Part shown: positions 1 through 8,986 of the stretch, piece by piece
How positions within the stretch are numbered: position 1 is the first letter of the stretch
Layout of the letters: the number at the start of each line of letters is the position of its first letter
From: an uncultured Gemmatimonadales bacterium
Lineage (GTDB): Bacteria; Gemmatimonadota; Gemmatimonadetes; Gemmatimonadales; GWC2-71-9
Reading direction: 5' to 3'
Length of the DNA: 64,000 nt
Assembly: GCA_963828735.1 (NCBI GenBank)
Contig: CAWHFW010000005.1
Span: 952,417 to 1,016,416, forward strand
Program-made: the position numbers and the translations under genes
Notes under the pieces: model-generated
The model's database searches: none
What the model was told of the DNA's origin: nothing
What the model saw: only the letters and a program-made list of their open reading frames with translations

Positions 1-503
1 GCGGCCAGCACGTCCGCGTTCGCCAGTCCGGCCGAGGTGGCCGACCCCCGAACGATCCGGGAGAGCGCGTTCGCGGCGAGTCCGCCGATCACGAGCGCCA
101 GGAGACCCACGAGCAGGTTGGGAAGCCAGAAGAGAAGCTGCTGGAAGACGCTCGACACCGCCGGCAGGCCGAGCGCGTCGAAGGCGACCACCATGGTGAG
201 GAGCCACGCGCACCACTTGGCTACGCTCGCCACGACCGCCGATGCCTCCTGCGTCACGCCCATGTTCTCGACGAAGGCGGCGAATCCCGAGCGTCGAGCG
301 AGATCGTTGAAGTGAACGGCGCGCAACAGAGCGACCGTACCCTTGAAGATGAGCGATGCGATCAGCCAACCGATGACGAGTACGGCCGCGAACGCGATGA
401 TCCGGGGAAGTGCCGAGAGGAGGGTCCCGAGCGCGCCGGTGAGAGAGGCGCGAACCGCCTCGCCCAGGCTACGGACCGGGCCCGCCACCGCCGTGGCTTG
501 CAT
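1..503 (-). CDS. Membrane protein with conserved-TM-helix repeats (mechanosensitive-channel-like); C-terminal part lies outside the window
   Basis: Minus-strand frame open to the left edge, absent from the ORF track because it has no stop in the window. ATG at 503..501 is preceded by GGAGG. Translation MQATAVAGPVRSLGEAVRASLTGALGTLLSALPRIIAFAAVLVIGWLIASLIFKG... shows repeated hydrophobic helices. Confidence 0.6.
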   Translation of the reverse strand, partial: MQATAVAGPVRSLGEAVRASLTGALGTLLSALPRIIAFAAVLVIGWLIASLIFKGTVALLRAVHFNDLARRSGFAAFVENMGVTQEASAVVASVAKWCAWLLTMVVAFDALGLPAVSSVFQQLLFWLPNLLVGLLALVIGGLAANALSRIVRGSATSAGLANADVLA

Positions 504-622
504 GGGATGCCTCCGCCGCTGATGAATCGTCCGTCTTGGGGCGACGTGCGTGGCGCCATCCGGCAGAGGCGCCGGCGACGGTACTCGATCGCGATCGTCC
601 GCCCCCGCGACGATCGCCGGAC

Positions 623-641
623 CGCCCCCCTGGCGGGGGCG
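623..641 (-). terminator. GC-rich hairpin downstream of the TonB receptor gene
   Basis: CGCCCCC-CTGGC-GGGGGCG, a 7-bp perfect stem about 70 nt after the 709 stop. No clear U-tract. Confidence 0.35.
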
Positions 642-708
642 TCCAGGTGGGACACGCACCCATCATAAGGTATCCATCGAGCGCCTGCGATCCCCGGCCT
701 TGTAGCCT

Positions 709-2946
709 TTAGTCCATGCCGGCGCCCCCGCCCTGGCCCGGTCCGCCCAGCGTCGTCCGCACGACGAGGCGGAACGCCCGGCGTTGATTGGGCGTGAGAA
801 ATCGTTCCACCGCGGCGCCGGCCGGGTTGCCCTGATTGATGTTGAACGTGCCGAAGACCGCGCTCTCGTTCTGGAACAGGTTGGTGACGATGCCGTTGAT
901 CTCCCAGCGGCCGAATTCCACGCCAACCCGGGCGTCGGCCACGAAGTAGCCGTCGAGGGGAGCCGTGACATTGGCCTCGTCGCCGCGGAGAAACTGTTTG
1001 CCGGTGTACCGGGCGTCCGTGCCGACCGAGACGTAGCGGCCGAGCCGCGCCAGGCCGCCGAACTTGATCTGGTGGTCCGGGACCTGGGGGAACCGCGCTC
1101 CGGGCGAGACGTCGTTCTCGGTCGGAAAGGGGTTGATGACTTCCGGATCGTCGGCCGAGCGGATGGTGAAGATGTCGGCCGCGCTCTGAAAGCTGGCGTG
1201 CGTGTAGGCGTAGTTGAGGTAGAGCGAGTGGCCCGCCGGGAAGGCGTACGTCGCCCCGGCCTCGAAGCCCGTCCGGCGCGTCTTGGCGATGTTCACGAAG
1301 AACCCGTCGACCGTGCTCCCTGAGGGCTCGTTCGCGTCACCGAACGGGGTGAGAAAGATGTCGTTCTTGACGTCGGTGTAGTACACCGAGCCGCTGAGCG
1401 AGACGCGGTCGTTCGCGTAGCGGAAGCCTCCTTCGAGCGTACTTGCCGTGACGGGCTCGAGCGGCGGGTCGTCGCCCAGAGCGAACGGCAACGGGCACGG
1501 CGCCTCGGGATCCGCGCAAGCGTTCTCGATCACGGCCGGCGCCCGGAACGCCTGACCCCACGAGGCGAAGAACGAGCCGCCGGGCATGACCTCGACGCTG
1601 GCGCCGAGCCGGGGGTTGAAGCGCTCGTAGGTTGCCGTCGTATCGCCCGAGTGATCCAGCTCGTTCTCGAAGGGGATGCGCACATAGTCGTACCGGGCCC
1701 CGGCGGACAGCGTCACCTTGTCCATCGTGAGGTCGGCGGCGGCGAACGGCGCCACGTCCCAGAGGGGACTCCGCGCCGCCGTGGTCTGCGTGCGCCCGAC
1801 GCCGAACTTGGTCGAGTCGGAGAAGATGTCGATCTCGACCCGCGTGACCTCGCCGTCCACGCCCCCCCGGAGGCTCAGCGCCGTCGTCTCGTTGAGCACC
1901 GTGGTCCACCGGTAGTCCGCGGTGTACCCGAAGCTGTTGTTGTAGCTGATCCCGAACGCGTCCGGATCGTCTTCCTGGTTGATGTTGAGCCGCTCGGCGC
2001 GGTGCCGGCGGAAATACGCCGTGACCGAGGCGCGGCCCAGCCCGAACTGCTTGTAGGCCTGCAGCGAGCCCTGGTAGGCCCAGAGCTTCTCGTAGTCATT
2101 CGCGCTCAGGTTGGAGTCGGGAGACGCGGCGAAGATCGACTCGGGCAGGGAGCCCGCGGTCTGAGCGCTGTCGCGCGAGTAGAACGCCTGGAAGCGGATG
2201 CCGCTGGTCTCGCCCAGCTTCCCGACGTTGAGGAAGCCCTGGTAGCCCTGCTCGCCGGTCACCTGTCGCCAGCCATCCTCACGGTTGAAGTCGCCGCCGA
2301 CGTACCAGTCCAGACCGCTCTTGGTCAGGCCCGAGACGTGGGCCTCGGCCCGGGCGGCGCCGAAGCTTCCGCCCGAGAGCTCGATCGTGCCCGTCGTCGG
2401 GCCGGTGCCGCGCGCGGTGACGAGGTTGACCGCGCCACCCAGCGCATTCCGACCCAGCAGCGACCCGTTGCCCGACAGGATCTCGATCCGGTTGATGTGG
2501 TCCATTGGAAGCAGGTCGAAGTTGACCTGCGACGCCTCGGGCTCGTTCATCCGAACGCCATCGAGGAACACCGCCACGCCCTGCGGCAAGCCGACCACCG
2601 GCGAAGAGTAGAATCCGCGGCTCGAGAGATTGAGCTTGTACGGGCTCCCGAGATCGTCATAGGTCGAGAACCCGGCGACGCTCTTGAGCGCGTCGGAAAG
2701 GATGCGGGGCTCGTAGGCGTCCACCTGCTCCGCGCTCAGCGTGGTCACGCGGGCGGGCACGCCGGAACCCACCGTCGGGCCGGCGGCCGGTTGAATGCTC
2801 CCGACGACCTCGATCGGCGGGAGCTCGTGCACGGTCGTGTCCGCTCGCGCCTTGGCCGTATCCGCTTTCGTCGTGTCGGCCTGGGCCACCAGGGCGGCCG
2901 GAAGCACGACCAACAGGGCAGCCGCGAGCAGGCTCGTCAGTTTCAT
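709..2946 (-). CDS. TonB-dependent outer-membrane receptor
   Basis: 745 aa with signal peptide MKLTSLLAAALLVVLPAALVAQA. Plug-like N-terminus (VTTLSAEQVDAYEPRILSDALKSVAGF) and a long Gly/aromatic-rich beta-barrel region. Confidence 0.9.
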   Translation of the reverse strand: MKLTSLLAAALLVVLPAALVAQADTTKADTAKARADTTVHELPPIEVVGSIQPAAGPTVGSGVPARVTTLSAEQVDAYEPRILSDALKSVAGFSTYDDLGSPYKLNLSSRGFYSSPVVGLPQGVAVFLDGVRMNEPEASQVNFDLLPMDHINRIEILSGNGSLLGRNALGGAVNLVTARGTGPTTGTIELSGGSFGAARAEAHVSGLTKSGLDWYVGGDFNREDGWRQVTGEQGYQGFLNVGKLGETSGIRFQAFYSRDSAQTAGSLPESIFAASPDSNLSANDYEKLWAYQGSLQAYKQFGLGRASVTAYFRRHRAERLNINQEDDPDAFGISYNNSFGYTADYRWTTVLNETTALSLRGGVDGEVTRVEIDIFSDSTKFGVGRTQTTAARSPLWDVAPFAAADLTMDKVTLSAGARYDYVRIPFENELDHSGDTTATYERFNPRLGASVEVMPGGSFFASWGQAFRAPAVIENACADPEAPCPLPFALGDDPPLEPVTASTLEGGFRYANDRVSLSGSVYYTDVKNDIFLTPFGDANEPSGSTVDGFFVNIAKTRRTGFEAGATYAFPAGHSLYLNYAYTHASFQSAADIFTIRSADDPEVINPFPTENDVSPGARFPQVPDHQIKFGGLARLGRYVSVGTDARYTGKQFLRGDEANVTAPLDGYFVADARVGVEFGRWEINGIVTNLFQNESAVFGTFNINQGNPAGAAVERFLTPNQRRAFRLVVRTTLGGPGQGGGAGMD

Positions 2947-2980
2947 GGACCGCGATCCTCGGAAGCTATGAGCGGGATTT

Positions 2981-3586
2981 TCAGCGAAGCAGGAAGGTGT
3001 CCGGCATCCGGTGATCGTGACCTTCGGGGCGACGCTCGTAGATCGCGGCCATCACGACCCGGTCGGGCGGCACGCCGACCACGAGCAGGGCATCGTCGCT
3101 CGGCCCGCCGCCATCGAAGTCGAGGCAGCAGTGCTCGGTGGTGACGAGGCCCGCCCCCGCGCCGTCGCGAATCGAGGGCTGGTCGCCGCGGTCCAGCCGG
3201 ATGAGGTCCCCGGGGGAGAAGGTTCCCGAGTGGTCGTGATCTTCGTAGAGGCGGAGGTGGTGGACCTTCGCGTCGCGCTCGGCGACCAGGGTGATCCCGT
3301 CATCTGCCTCGCCCCCGCCGTCCAGGTCGTAGCAGCAGCGGTCGATCTCGACCGGCCGCGGCGACCTGAGGAGCGAGGCGGCGAGCAAGGCGACGATGAC
3401 CGATGCCGTCACTCCCCAGGCCGCGCGGAGAAACCCGAGGCGACGACCGGTGTCGGCTGGCCGCTCGCCCCGACGCACCCGGCCCGCGATCTCGGCGCCA
3501 AGCGACGCGCGCGGCTCGAACCGGATGTCGCTGAGCGCGCGATCGAGCTCGGCCAACTCTGGCGGAAGGTCAGGCTCGCCGTTCAT
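2981..3586 (-). CDS. Membrane-spanning anti-sigma factor with duplicated Cys-Cys/DGGG extracytoplasmic motif
   Basis: ATGA overlap with the upstream ECF sigma gene. Single TM segment (WGVTASVIVALLAASLL). Duplicated CCYDLDGGGEADDG / CCLDFDGGGPSDDA motif. Confidence 0.7.
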   Translation of the reverse strand: MNGEPDLPPELAELDRALSDIRFEPRASLGAEIAGRVRRGERPADTGRRLGFLRAAWGVTASVIVALLAASLLRSPRPVEIDRCCYDLDGGGEADDGITLVAERDAKVHHLRLYEDHDHSGTFSPGDLIRLDRGDQPSIRDGAGAGLVTTEHCCLDFDGGGPSDDALLVVGVPPDRVVMAAIYERRPEGHDHRMPDTFLLR

Positions 3587-4140
3587 CGGGCGAGCACCTT
3601 CCTGAGCCGGCCCAGCACGCGCCAGAGCCGGGTGCGCACGTTCCCTTCGCTGATGCCGAGGATCTGCGCCATCTCGGCGGTGTCGAGCCCGCTGCCGTAA
3701 CGGAGCCCGACCAGCTCGCGGTCCGCCGTGCCCAGCGTCGCTACCGCGTCAAGCAGCTGTCCGATTTCCTCTTCCCGGAGCAGGCGCTCCTCAGGGGAAG
3801 GCGCTTCGTGGGCCAGATCGTGCATCGTGCCGATCGCGACGTACTGGCGGAGCCGCGCGCGCCGACGCCAGTCGGCCAGGACATTTCGAGCCGCCGCGAG
3901 GATCCAGGTCTTCGGTGAGCCCTTCAGGGGATCGAACCGCTCGACCGCGCGGACGACCTTGAGGAATGTCTCGGCGGTCAGGTCCTCGGCGACGTCGACC
4001 AGCGGGACGTGGAAGCGAAAGTAGTTGTAGACGGCCGAACCATGCGCCTCAAACCATTGCCGACAGAGGACTTGCGCCTCATCGATCGGGGCGGGGGCTG
4101 GCGGCGCATCGCGATGGGGTGGTTGGGAAGCCGGGCTCAC
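3583..4140 (-). CDS. ECF-type RNA polymerase sigma-70 factor
   Basis: 185 aa. Region 2-like (AEDLTAETFLKVVRAVERFDP) and region 4 HTH (LDTAEMAQILGISEGNVRTRLWR). Confidence 0.9.
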   Translation of the reverse strand: MSPASQPPHRDAPPAPAPIDEAQVLCRQWFEAHGSAVYNYFRFHVPLVDVAEDLTAETFLKVVRAVERFDPLKGSPKTWILAAARNVLADWRRRARLRQYVAIGTMHDLAHEAPSPEERLLREEEIGQLLDAVATLGTADRELVGLRYGSGLDTAEMAQILGISEGNVRTRLWRVLGRLRKVLAR

Positions 4141-4248
4141 GCCAGATAGATACGCGCCAGATCGAATTTCGTCACGCCCAGGTCCAGCAGCGCGACTCAG
4201 GCGCAGTGGATGATTAGGCCCGGCATGTCGGCGTGCACTTCATCACAA

Positions 4249-4267
4249 ACGCACGAGACCCGTGCGT
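4249..4267 (-). terminator. Hairpin just after the gcdH stop
   Basis: ACGCACG-AGACC-CGTGCGT. On the minus strand it is followed by TTGTGATGAAG (T-rich). Confidence 0.45.
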
Positions 4268-4278
4268 GACGCCCGGGG

Positions 4279-5478
4279 CTAGAAGGCGGGCAGCCCCGTG
4301 ATCGCCTGCCCCACGATCAGCGAGTGCATGTCATGGGTGCCCTCGTACGTGTAGACCGACTCGAGGTTGGCCATGTGCCGCATGGAGTGGTACTCGACCA
4401 GGATGCCGTTGGCGCCGAGCAGGCGACGCGCCTCGCGGGCCGCATCGCAGGCCATGCTGACGTTGTTGCGCTTGCAGAGCGACACGTGGTCCGGCGTCAT
4501 CGTGCCCGCGTCCTTGAGCCGACCGAGCTGCAGGGTCATGAACTGTGCCTTGGTGATCTCGGTCAGCATGTCCACCAGGCGCACCTGCTGGATCTGGGTC
4601 TGCGCGATGGGCTTGTCGAACATCACGCGGTGGCCGGCGTAGCGGAGCGCCTCGTCGTAGCACGCCATCGCCGCGCCGATCGCCCCCCAGGCGATGCCGT
4701 AGCGCGCCTGCGTGAGGCACATGAGCGGGCTCTTGAGCCCGCCGGACTTGGGCAGGATCGCGTCCTTCGGCAGGTGCACGTCCTGCAGGTGGATCTCGCT
4801 CGTGTCGCTCGCGCGAAGGGAGAGCTTCCCCTTCTGGTCCTTCGCCGCGTAGCCCTTCCTGTCGGTCGGCACGATGAAGCCGCGGATGGACTTGGGATCG
4901 TCCACCGCGCCCGTCTTGGCCCAGACGATCGAGACCGTGGCCTGCGAGCCATTGGTGATCCACATCTTGGTGCCGTTGAGCACCCAGCCGTCCTTCGTCT
5001 CCCGCGCCGTCGTGATCATGCCGCCCGGGTTCGAGCCGAAGTCGGGCTCGGTCAGACCGAAGCAGCCGATCTCCTGCCCGGTGGCCAGGAGCGGAAGCCA
5101 GTGCTTCTTCTGCTCCTCGGAGCCGAAGGCGTAGATCGGGTACATCACCAGCGCGCCCTGCACCGACGCGAACGAGCGGATGCCGGAGTCGCCCCGCTCC
5201 AGCTCCTGCATGATCAGCCCGTACGCGACGTTGTTGAGCCCCGCGCAGCCGTATTCCTCCGGCAGGTTGGCGCCGAACAGCCCCAGCTCCGCCATCCCCG
5301 GGATCAGCTGCTTGGGAAACCGGCCCTCGATGTAGGCCTCACCGATGACCGGAATCAGGTTTTCGTCGACCCAGGTCCGGACCGTGTCACGGACGGCGCG
5401 CTCTTCCTCCGACAGGAGGGTGTCGAGGTTGAGGAAATCCACGCCGGTGAATTGGGATGCTGCAGCTGCGGTGGCCAT
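4279..5478 (-). CDS. gcdH: Glutaryl-CoA dehydrogenase (acyl-CoA dehydrogenase family)
   Basis: 399 aa. Motifs ERGDSGIRSFASVQGALVMYPIYAFGSEEQKKHWLPLLATGQEIGCFGLTEPDFGSNPGGMITTA and WITNG match my recollection of GcdH-type enzymes. Confidence 0.85.
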   Translation of the reverse strand: MATAAAASQFTGVDFLNLDTLLSEEERAVRDTVRTWVDENLIPVIGEAYIEGRFPKQLIPGMAELGLFGANLPEEYGCAGLNNVAYGLIMQELERGDSGIRSFASVQGALVMYPIYAFGSEEQKKHWLPLLATGQEIGCFGLTEPDFGSNPGGMITTARETKDGWVLNGTKMWITNGSQATVSIVWAKTGAVDDPKSIRGFIVPTDRKGYAAKDQKGKLSLRASDTSEIHLQDVHLPKDAILPKSGGLKSPLMCLTQARYGIAWGAIGAAMACYDEALRYAGHRVMFDKPIAQTQIQQVRLVDMLTEITKAQFMTLQLGRLKDAGTMTPDHVSLCKRNNVSMACDAAREARRLLGANGILVEYHSMRHMANLESVYTYEGTHDMHSLIVGQAITGLPAF

Positions 5479-5544
5479 GTCGTCGCCTCGTGCGGGGTCT
5501 CGGAATGGCGGGTAAGATAGCCGGGACCCCTGCCCGGCGCAGCC

Positions 5545-6702
5545 TTAGACGGCTACCACTGGTCGCTCGCTTGCGCGGACGGCGCGGTCCATGACGGCGA
5601 GGTAGGCGGCCGCGATGCGGTCCGCGTGGTCGATGGGCGTGGCACCGGCCGCCAACCCCATCATTCGCAGATTGTTACGCGAAGGGCACTCACGCTGCAG
5701 AAACCGGATCCATGCGAGGACGTCGTGCTGGACCAGAAAGCCGGTGACCAGGTGCCGCACGGCGACCGGCGGACGGTCTTCCACGGCAGGAACCGCGACG
5801 GGTCGCGCCGAGCTCAAGCATTCCGAGACCGTGAAGGCCGGGTCTCCAGCCTCGAAGGAGACGCACAGGTCGGCAGCCGCAATGTGCGCCGCCAGCGCCT
5901 CGTCCGTCGTGGGGGCGTGGAAAGTGACGAGAGCGCCCGGACCGGCAATACGCTCGAGCGTCTTTCGGCGCTCTCCGTGGCCCAACACATGGAGTCGAAG
6001 CGACGGATCGCCGACGCGCTGAACGGCTTCGATGAGAGGCGCCAGATCGGTGCCTCGCTCGAGTCCGTCGGCGGCCAGCACGATGCGGTGGGTTGGATCC
6101 AGTCCAAGCCGTCGGCGCGCTTCGGTCTGGTCCTTCGGCGCGAACGTCGTACGATCGATCGCGGGCCCGATGACCGTGATGCGGTCCGGACTCACGCGCC
6201 ACCGTTCGACGATGGCGTCGCGGATCACCACGCTGCCGGCCACGATGTCGGAGGTCTGACGCAGGTACCGTCCGGAGGCACGGAAGCCGAGCCATGTATT
6301 GCCGACGTCCAGGGAGCCAAGCCACGAGGCCGTGGGGAACCGGTCCAATACGGAGATCGCCGGGACGCCGCGCTGGGCGCACCGGGCGGCCAGCTTGCCC
6401 GACATCGGCCAGCTCCCCTCGAGCACCATTTCGAACGAGCTGGCGCGGCGTTGGACGAAAACGCCGAGGGCACGGCGGGAAGGCACAAGGTCGGACGCCG
6501 GTGCCCGGTCGCTTTCCAGCGCGGCCACAGCTACCCCAGGTACCTCGACCTCATCGATCAGACGCCGGAAAACGACGGCGACCTCGGCATCCCTGGCGAG
6601 GGCACGTGCGAGGGTAAGTACTTGCCGTGAATGGCCGGAGCCCCGGCGGTAGCTCGCGCCCGGGGCCACATAGCAGATGGAAAGCCGCCTTGTCCGAAGC
6701 AT
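5545..6702 (-). CDS. Glycosyltransferase (GT-B, family 1/4-like)
   Basis: Track ORF 5545..6999 trimmed to the internal ATG at 6702 (MLRTRRLSICYVAPG...), where the glycosyltransferase-like sequence begins. The upstream extension is Arg/Ser-rich noise. Confidence 0.7.
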   Translation of the reverse strand: MLRTRRLSICYVAPGASYRRGSGHSRQVLTLARALARDAEVAVVFRRLIDEVEVPGVAVAALESDRAPASDLVPSRRALGVFVQRRASSFEMVLEGSWPMSGKLAARCAQRGVPAISVLDRFPTASWLGSLDVGNTWLGFRASGRYLRQTSDIVAGSVVIRDAIVERWRVSPDRITVIGPAIDRTTFAPKDQTEARRRLGLDPTHRIVLAADGLERGTDLAPLIEAVQRVGDPSLRLHVLGHGERRKTLERIAGPGALVTFHAPTTDEALAAHIAAADLCVSFEAGDPAFTVSECLSSARPVAVPAVEDRPPVAVRHLVTGFLVQHDVLAWIRFLQRECPSRNNLRMMGLAAGATPIDHADRIAAAYLAVMDRAVRASERPVVAV

Positions 6703-7190
6703 GCGGAAGGGAACCTGGTGGCTCGGTTGCAGTTGGGAACGGAACGCCCTGCAAGGTCGCAAGTCTGGTACCAGCTTCGGGGCGGGCGCAAGTCGACCAG
6801 ACGCCGGAGGATCGGAGCAGATGGCCGAGTAGTTGCGAAATCCCGTCTTGGGCTGAAGCTTTATCCTAACCCGGCTAAACATTTCCTTGCAGTCGCTCAC
6901 CTTGGCGGACCTGCGTACCGTGGCCGACGGAAGGCGCAGGGCACGACGTGTGCACGAGGGGGGCGAGGATTTGGCTGCGCGATAGGTTGGTTCGGCCACT
7001 CTAATTGTTTCCCGATTTACAGATGGAATCGGCTAGACACGGCAGTTGACAGGCCGGCGGGCGGGGTTCAGGGGTCAGAACCGCCTCGGCTCGACCACAT
7101 GCTGTGTCTGTCGCGCAACAGATTTCCCGGGCGCGGCCCGGGCGAACGGCGGCGGGAAACTCGCCTCCCACGATGCGCGGAGAGGTTCGG

Positions 7191-8450
7191 ATGCGGATTC
7201 TGATGACCTCGTACGAGTTTCCGCCGATCGGCGGTGGTGGGGCGGCCGTCGTGGCCGGCCTCTCCCGGGAGTTGGCCGCGAGCGGTCACGAGATCGACCT
7301 GGTGACGATGAGCTTCCAGGGTCACCCGCGAGAAGAGGTCGTTGATGGCGTGCACCTGTATCGCGTACCGTGTCTCCGCAAAGCCAAGCACAGCTGCACC
7401 ACCCCCGAAGCCTTCTCCTATCTCGCGGGGGCGATGCCGACCATCCACCGCCTGATAACCAAGAACCATTACGACGTGGCCCACGCGCACTTCATCCTGC
7501 CGGACGGTCTCCTGGCCTGGCAGGCGAAGCGCTACTCGGGCTTGCCCTACGTCATTACGGCGCACGGCACCGACGTGCCGGGATACAACCCGCACCGTCT
7601 CCGTACGACGCATCAGGTGGTGCGCCCGCTTTGGAAAGCGATCGTCGAGGGCGCCAGCCGCATCATCTGTCCCAGTGAGATCCTGGAGGGCCTGGTGCTC
7701 GACCAGCGCCCGGTTCCACACAAGACGACGGTCATCCCGAACGGCCTGCAGGTCGGCCCGTATACCCCGCGCGCGCTGAGCCCGCGGGTGCTGATGGTCA
7801 CACGCATGCTCGAGCGAAAGGGAGTACAGTACGTCCTTGAGGCCGTGGCCGAGTCGCCGATCGGCGCCGAGGTGAACATCGTCGGTGACGGGCCGTATCT
7901 TCCCGAGCTCCGTCGCCGCGCCGAGGCACTGCGCTCGCCGGTCAACTTCTGGGGCTGGGTGGACAATCGGTCGCCCGAGCTGCGCAACATCTACGAGTCG
8001 TCCGGGATCTTCGTCCTTCCCTCCGAGGCGGAGAACTTCCCGATCGTGCTCCTCGAAGCGATGGCCGCCGGGCTGGCGATCATCACGACCGAGGGCACGG
8101 GCTGCGCCGAGGTCGTCGGCGACGCGGGCATACTCGTCCCGGTGCGCGACTCGCGCGCGATCGCCAGCGCCCTCAAGCGCCTCGTGAACGACCCGCAGCT
8201 GCGCCAGAGCCTCGGCGCGGCTGCCCGCCGGAGAATCGAGGACAACTTCACCTGGGGCGCGGTAGCCCGCCGCTACGTGGAGGAGTATCAGCGGCACGCG
8301 GCGCGCGAGGTGGCACATCCGGTGGCGCCGCTGGGAGCCGGCACCGGGCCGTCGCGACACTCCCCCCAGGAGCTGGTCGCGGTGTCGGGGGAGCAATCAC
8401 GAGCCGCCGCGGGCGGCATGCGCTCGGAGCCTCCGAGGAGAGCGTCCTAG
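7191..8450 (+). CDS. Glycosyltransferase family 4
   Basis: Trimmed to the ATG at 7191 behind GGAGAGG. MRILMTSYEFPPIGGGGAAVVAGLSRELAASGHEIDLVT and the C-terminal FVLPSEAENFPIVLLEAMAAGLAIITT (E-x7-E region). Confidence 0.85.
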   Translation: MRILMTSYEFPPIGGGGAAVVAGLSRELAASGHEIDLVTMSFQGHPREEVVDGVHLYRVPCLRKAKHSCTTPEAFSYLAGAMPTIHRLITKNHYDVAHAHFILPDGLLAWQAKRYSGLPYVITAHGTDVPGYNPHRLRTTHQVVRPLWKAIVEGASRIICPSEILEGLVLDQRPVPHKTTVIPNGLQVGPYTPRALSPRVLMVTRMLERKGVQYVLEAVAESPIGAEVNIVGDGPYLPELRRRAEALRSPVNFWGWVDNRSPELRNIYESSGIFVLPSEAENFPIVLLEAMAAGLAIITTEGTGCAEVVGDAGILVPVRDSRAIASALKRLVNDPQLRQSLGAAARRRIEDNFTWGAVARRYVEEYQRHAAREVAHPVAPLGAGTGPSRHSPQELVAVSGEQSRAAAGGMRSEPPRRAS

Positions 8451-8491
8451 GTCCGACGGCGCCCGCGAGCCCAGCCTCGCCCGGTGACTGC

Positions 8492-8523
8492 GAGGGGGGC
8501 ATGCCCACAAGGCATGCCCCCTT
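8492..8523. terminator. Bidirectional GC-rich hairpin between convergent genes (member of the GGGGGCnTGC hairpin family)
   Basis: GGGGGCATGCC-CACAA-GGCATGCCCCC, an 11-bp perfect stem between the 8450 (+) and 8571 (-) gene ends. Confidence 0.55.
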
Positions 8524-8570
8524 CGCCGCTTACATGACCCGAAGTCTCGCGCCTCGGGGCGGTGCGGGAC

Positions 8571-8984
8571 CTAGACGGGATCGAGGAACCGCTCCCGCAC
8601 CTCTGGCGCCGGGAGCAAGCAGCTCGGCGCGTCGCTCAGTCGGTGCCGGTGCCGGGCCACCAGGTCGTATGCGGCGTCGCGCACGGGCCGAGGCAGGACC
8701 GCCATGACCCGCGCCAGGTGGAACCACCCTCCCAGGTACGCCGCCACTCGAAGCGCCGCATCCGAGCGCGTGAAGACCCGTTCCGCGCGTGCGCCGTCCG
8801 CCGGGTCCACCCACACGACGGAGTCCACCTCGGCCAGCTCGGGATGGCGCGCGCGGGTCTCGGCCCCGAACCTTCCCTGCAGCGCCGCGAACCTGAGCGT
8901 GCGACGACGGTCGTGTCGCAACACGAGCTGGACGCTCTCGGCGCAGAAGCCGCAGGTGCCGTCGTACAGCAGGATCGGAGACAC
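8571..8984 (-). CDS. DCC-family thiol-disulfide oxidoreductase (DUF393)
   Basis: 137 aa. N-terminal LLYDGTCGFCAESV (CxxC) and the overall size are typical of the DCC1-like family. Confidence 0.8.
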   Translation of the reverse strand: MSPILLYDGTCGFCAESVQLVLRHDRRRTLRFAALQGRFGAETRARHPELAEVDSVVWVDPADGARAERVFTRSDAALRVAAYLGGWFHLARVMAVLPRPVRDAAYDLVARHRHRLSDAPSCLLPAPEVRERFLDPV

Positions 8985-8986
8985 GG

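Noticed and set aside
5545-6999. Long N-terminal extensions in track ORFs. Other examples are 16759..17832, 20013..21818, 20933..22669, 23246..24400, 26858..28441, 32238..33422, 32522..33871 and 35604..36929.
   Set aside because: The track takes the first ATG, GTG or TTG after a stop. The extensions are compositional noise or run through the upstream gene. I trimmed to internal starts supported by an SD, by stop-start overlap, or by the point where family-like sequence begins.
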